This document shows positions 33,827 to 37,017 of a DNA stretch of 37,017 nt, piece by piece (position 1 is the stretch's first letter; each line of letters begins with the position of its first letter). A program made the translations under genes and the position numbers. Location: IMG/VR virus record IMGVR_UViG_3300037461_000164, positions 1 to 37,017 of that record; one strand, written 5' to 3'. Origin of the DNA: a virus. Lineage: Duplodnaviria; Caudoviricetes. The notes under the pieces are model-generated. The model was not told the DNA's origin. It saw nothing but the letters and a program-made list of their open reading frames with translations, and did no database searches.

Positions 33827-34551
33827 CTCGTCCCCGCATTCTTGACTTCTGCCGCACTCAGCGCCCGGCTGAATAGGGCAACGTGGGCCATGTACCCCGA
33901 CCAGAAATACACTCCAGAGGCCGCGCCAATCAGAACGGTTGCTAGACTTCCCAGGATGGGCTGTGGACCGGTGTAGGTACTGCCGGTCTGCGCGCCGTTG
34001 AAGTAGAACTTGACCGCATTGCCCGAAATGCTGGAGGTCATGCATACATGGAACCAATCCGTGGTGCTGGTGGTGTGGTCGATGGCGATGTGGGGGGTAG
34101 TGGTGCCGGCCCGTCCGCAGCGGGTGATGTTGGCGTCGACCTGTTTGCGGAAGTAAAAATGGTCATTGGTCTCGGTGCCGAAGCCAAAGTAGATCTGCCT
34201 GCGCTGTTGCCCATCCGTCCAGACGCCTGATCCTGAGACCTTCAGCCAGCACATGATCGAAAATTCAGCCACGCTCATCGCTGCGCCCAGGGCGGTGAGA
34301 TTTGCGCCGCTGATCTGAGCGTAGCCGCTGGATCCATTGAACAGCACACTGGTCAGCCCATCGCCAATGCCCGGCTGCCCCAGGGTTGTTCCGCTATAAT
34401 AGGCGCCGTTGTAGCCACCCTTGATATCCGTCATCGTGCTGCCGGACGGCTCGGAGAGCGGCCAATACGCCAGCGGCCCCAGCGCCAGCACCCTTGACCG
34501 GTACTGGCTGCGCATCTGCCGCGTCAGCCCCAGGTTGATCCCCAGATTCAT
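33823..34551 (-). CDS. Head fibre with LamG/ConA-like domain
   Basis: N-terminal LGINLGL; AYWPLSE, FSIMCW, WFHV, YFNG and VALFSRALSAAEV motifs. Confidence 0.8.
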   Translation of the reverse strand: MNLGINLGLTRQMRSQYRSRVLALGPLAYWPLSEPSGSTMTDIKGGYNGAYYSGTTLGQPGIGDGLTSVLFNGSSGYAQISGANLTALGAAMSVAEFSIMCWLKVSGSGVWTDGQQRRQIYFGFGTETNDHFYFRKQVDANITRCGRAGTTTPHIAIDHTTSTTDWFHVCMTSSISGNAVKFYFNGAQTGSTYTGPQPILGSLATVLIGAASGVYFWSGYMAHVALFSRALSAAEVKNAGTR

Positions 34552-34555
34552 GCCA

Positions 34556-34810
34556 TCACCACAGCGCGATCAGGCTCGTTGCGGTTGTGTCGGTATTGAA
34601 TACCCGCCGCACCCGCACCGGCAATACCGTCCCGCCAGGCACGGCCGTAAAGGTAAGTACCGAGCCATCGATGGTGATCACTTTCACGTTGCCCGATCCG
34701 CCCACATAGAGCGCCCGAGCAGCTTTGCTCAAATCTGCTGTATCAGATGGCGTAATCGCCGCTCCACCCACTGCCGGACTGGTGTAATTCACACCCAATT
34801 CGTCGCCCAT
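34556..34810 (-). CDS. Head spike base protein (RcGTA Rcc01079-like)
   Basis: ITPSD..L...RALYVGGSGNV...GTVLPVRVRRV..T.TTAT.LIALW. Confidence 0.8.
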   Translation of the reverse strand: MGDELGVNYTSPAVGGAAITPSDTADLSKAARALYVGGSGNVKVITIDGSVLTFTAVPGGTVLPVRVRRVFNTDTTATSLIALW

Positions 34811-34819
34811 TTGAGCCTC

Positions 34820-36520
34820 CTACATGCCCCAATCGTCGGATAATATAGCCGCACTCAGATCCGTGCTGCCGGTGTAATAGCGCGCCCGGGCCATCGCAAT
34901 CACCCAGGCCGCCGTCAGGTCGATCCGTTTGGTTCGATCGACCGATTTACCCTTGTGTTCTTTGACGTACTTGATGTACCCCTGTCCGTTCTTGGCAATG
35001 CTGGTGTTCCCAAAGCACCACCTGGCCACCGGGTTGTTCTCGTGCGTCATCCGCCCTGTCAGCATCGGCGCCCCGGTCGTGCTCCTCGGCGCCGTTTCGA
35101 TTTCTTCTGCATCTTCCGGTTTCGGAAGATTGCCATTCAATAACACCTCCAGCTGGTTCATCGGGTCGGTCAGCTGAGCATACGTCTGTGGGATATCCAC
35201 ACATACAAACCCAGCCGCCTCTAATCGCTGCACCAGCATGGCTGCAAACGCCCGGTCAAAGCACAGCTCCACGACGTTGTATAACTTGCTCAGCTCCAGA
35301 ATCCGCTGCTCGATCAGCGTGTAATCGATCATGTTGCCCGCCGTCGGTGTGATCCACCCGCCGGCCGCCCACTGATCATACGGCACCTTGTCGTTCTTGA
35401 TCCGCTCCTGCATGTTCTCTTCCGGGATCCACGCTTCCCACACGGCCCGCCAATCCAATTGCGTCCCCTGTGGTGGAAATACCGCACACAGCCCGCTCAG
35501 ATCGGTCGTGCTCGATAGGTCTATCCCCAGATAACAATCCCGGCCCAGCATCTCCGTCCGGTTCCACTCGCCGATGGTGTTATCGAACAGCTCTAACGGC
35601 TGCCAGGTGGTCAGCTTGGTCGTCGTCCATTGGTTCAGCCGCAGCCAGCGGAACAGGCGTTCGTCTGCCGGCTTTGCCTTGGCCTTCGCCGCCGCCTCCC
35701 GCACGCTCTCGATCTGGATCGTCACGCCCAGGCTGGGGTTCGCCTGGCGCCAGTTCTCTTCGTTGTAGATGTCATCCCCGTTATAGTTGTAGATCACCGG
35801 GTACCAGGTTGGATCCTCGATCTCGCCGGCCAGGATCCGCTCCGCATACTCGTGCTGCTCCCAACCCACGCTCACCCGGTCCGGATCGTCTCCCGCCGTG
35901 GTAATAATCCACCAGATCGGCTGCATGCGCGCATCGCCGGCGCCAAACGTCATCACGTCCCACAGATCCCGGTTCGGCTGGGCGTGCAGCTCATCGAAGA
36001 TGCACGCACTCATGTCCAGGCCGTGCTTGGTGTAGGCCTCCGCGCTCACCGCCTTGTAAAATGTCCCGCTGACCCGGTCGGTGATCTTCTTCGAGCTGAT
36101 TTGCAGCTTCGCTCGCTTCTTCAGCGCCGGCAGCTGGTCGATCATATCCACCGCCACGTCAAAGACCAGTGAGGCCTGCTCCCGGTCCGCCGCACAGCCG
36201 TACACTTGCCCGTTCTTCTCGCCGTCCGCGAATAGGTGAAATAACCCAGCGCCGGCGCATAATTCCGATTTCCCGTTCTTCTTCGGGATTTCAATGTAAA
36301 CATACTTGATCTGTCGCAGTCCGTTACCATTGACCTGGCCATACACATCCCGCACGATCGTGTCCTGCCAGGGCAACAGCCTGAACGGCTGGCCGTGGAA
36401 TTGGCCCTTCGTGTGGCGCAGCATCTCGAAGAATCGCACCGCGCGCTGCGCCCGTGCCTCGCTAAACATCGCTCCACCTGTAAGGATAATCAAAATCAAC
36501 AGCAGCCATGATCGCTTCAT
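34820..36520 (-). CDS. terL: Terminase large subunit (alternative start at 36469)
   Basis: PKKNGKS Walker A, IFDELH Walker B, ITTAG, GIDLSSTTD and KRID motifs. Confidence 0.97.
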   Translation of the reverse strand: MKRSWLLLILIILTGGAMFSEARAQRAVRFFEMLRHTKGQFHGQPFRLLPWQDTIVRDVYGQVNGNGLRQIKYVYIEIPKKNGKSELCAGAGLFHLFADGEKNGQVYGCAADREQASLVFDVAVDMIDQLPALKKRAKLQISSKKITDRVSGTFYKAVSAEAYTKHGLDMSACIFDELHAQPNRDLWDVMTFGAGDARMQPIWWIITTAGDDPDRVSVGWEQHEYAERILAGEIEDPTWYPVIYNYNGDDIYNEENWRQANPSLGVTIQIESVREAAAKAKAKPADERLFRWLRLNQWTTTKLTTWQPLELFDNTIGEWNRTEMLGRDCYLGIDLSSTTDLSGLCAVFPPQGTQLDWRAVWEAWIPEENMQERIKNDKVPYDQWAAGGWITPTAGNMIDYTLIEQRILELSKLYNVVELCFDRAFAAMLVQRLEAAGFVCVDIPQTYAQLTDPMNQLEVLLNGNLPKPEDAEEIETAPRSTTGAPMLTGRMTHENNPVARWCFGNTSIAKNGQGYIKYVKEHKGKSVDRTKRIDLTAAWVIAMARARYYTGSTDLSAAILSDDWGM

Positions 36521-36978
36521 TCCATGCCGCCATTGACAAACTCGCTCACGTCATCTAGGAGCTGCGCCAGCTCATCAACCGGCTCGCTCTCTGCTTTTTT
36601 CTTTGCCAGTCGTGCCCGGCTATTGGGCGTCAATCCCAATTTCTCCGCATAGGATGCCGTCAGCCTCGCCCAGGCCTGCGCCTGTTTCGCCAGGTCATCA
36701 TTGAGCACACCGAGCTTGACGATATTCCGATACTGCGCCACCGCGTCGCAGTAGATTGCCAGCATGTCGGTATCCAGGCTGTCCAGCAGCTCGATCCCGC
36801 GCAGCTTCCGCCGCACGCTATCCCAGACCTTGCGGGCATCATCACTCAGCCAGTCCGGCGCTTTTAGCACCACCCGCTTTGAGCGCCGCAGGCCTTGCTC
36901 TGCCCGCTCCCGGGCTTCGATTTCCCGGTTCGTCCAGTGTTTACTGGTATTTTCCAGGCGCTTAGGCGGGGTAGGCAT
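36517..36978 (-). CDS. terS: Terminase small subunit (P27-like)
   Basis: APDWLSDDARKVW, LAIYC and LGLTPNSRARL motifs; GGAGG RBS. Confidence 0.93.
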   Translation of the reverse strand: MPTPPKRLENTSKHWTNREIEARERAEQGLRRSKRVVLKAPDWLSDDARKVWDSVRRKLRGIELLDSLDTDMLAIYCDAVAQYRNIVKLGVLNDDLAKQAQAWARLTASYAEKLGLTPNSRARLAKKKAESEPVDELAQLLDDVSEFVNGGME

Positions 36979-37017
36979 CTATAATGCCTCCATCGGGGAG
37001 TTTTTTTCGTGCGGACC

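Larger units (their letters stand above)
1..37017 (-). mobile_element. Near-complete siphovirus genome (HK97-like cos packaging), temperate-derived, apparently in non-integrated form
   Basis: Complete packaging, head, neck, tail, replication and holin modules are present with no host housekeeping genes. The two ends fall between HNH and terS, where cos usually lies. Confidence 0.93.

Noticed and set aside
18-36965. Numerous long plus-strand and alternate-frame ORFs in the track
   Set aside because: They are shadows of minus-strand genes in GC-rich DNA: Pro/Arg-rich, with no RBS or motifs. Only the integrase remnant is accepted on the plus strand.
1-37017. Stop-codon reassignment
   Set aside because: TAA, TAG and TGA all end full-length conserved genes, and coding density is high under the standard code.

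Overview
The window looks like an almost complete ~37 kb genome of a GC-rich, cos-type siphovirus, and nearly all genes are on the minus strand. The right end lies just upstream of terS. The left end falls inside an HNH gene that the ORF track misses. Reading right to left: terS, terL, a ~5 kb accessory head-decoration/glycosyltransferase block, HK97-type portal, S49 protease, scaffold, P22-coat-like major capsid protein, neck genes, major tail protein, frameshifted tail chaperones, tape measure, Dit, two paralogous fibres, a Gp37-like tail tip and a third fibre. Next come a bidirectional terminator, a candidate attP and only the C-terminal remnant of a large serine integrase, with no CI repressor. 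The early operon follows (RHH regulator, gp3/RDF-like protein, GIY-YIG, mini PolX, metallopeptidase, initiator with iterons, DnaC-like loader, ParB-like protein, sortase-like protein, clan GH-A hydrolase). It ends in a structured non-coding region that starts with a tRNA-like minihelix, then a late promoter plus terminator, two holin-like genes and the HNH gene. No canonical endolysin is recognisable. An Anaerolineae/Chloroflexota host is inferred, not shown. All family calls come from motifs read by eye; no database search was run.
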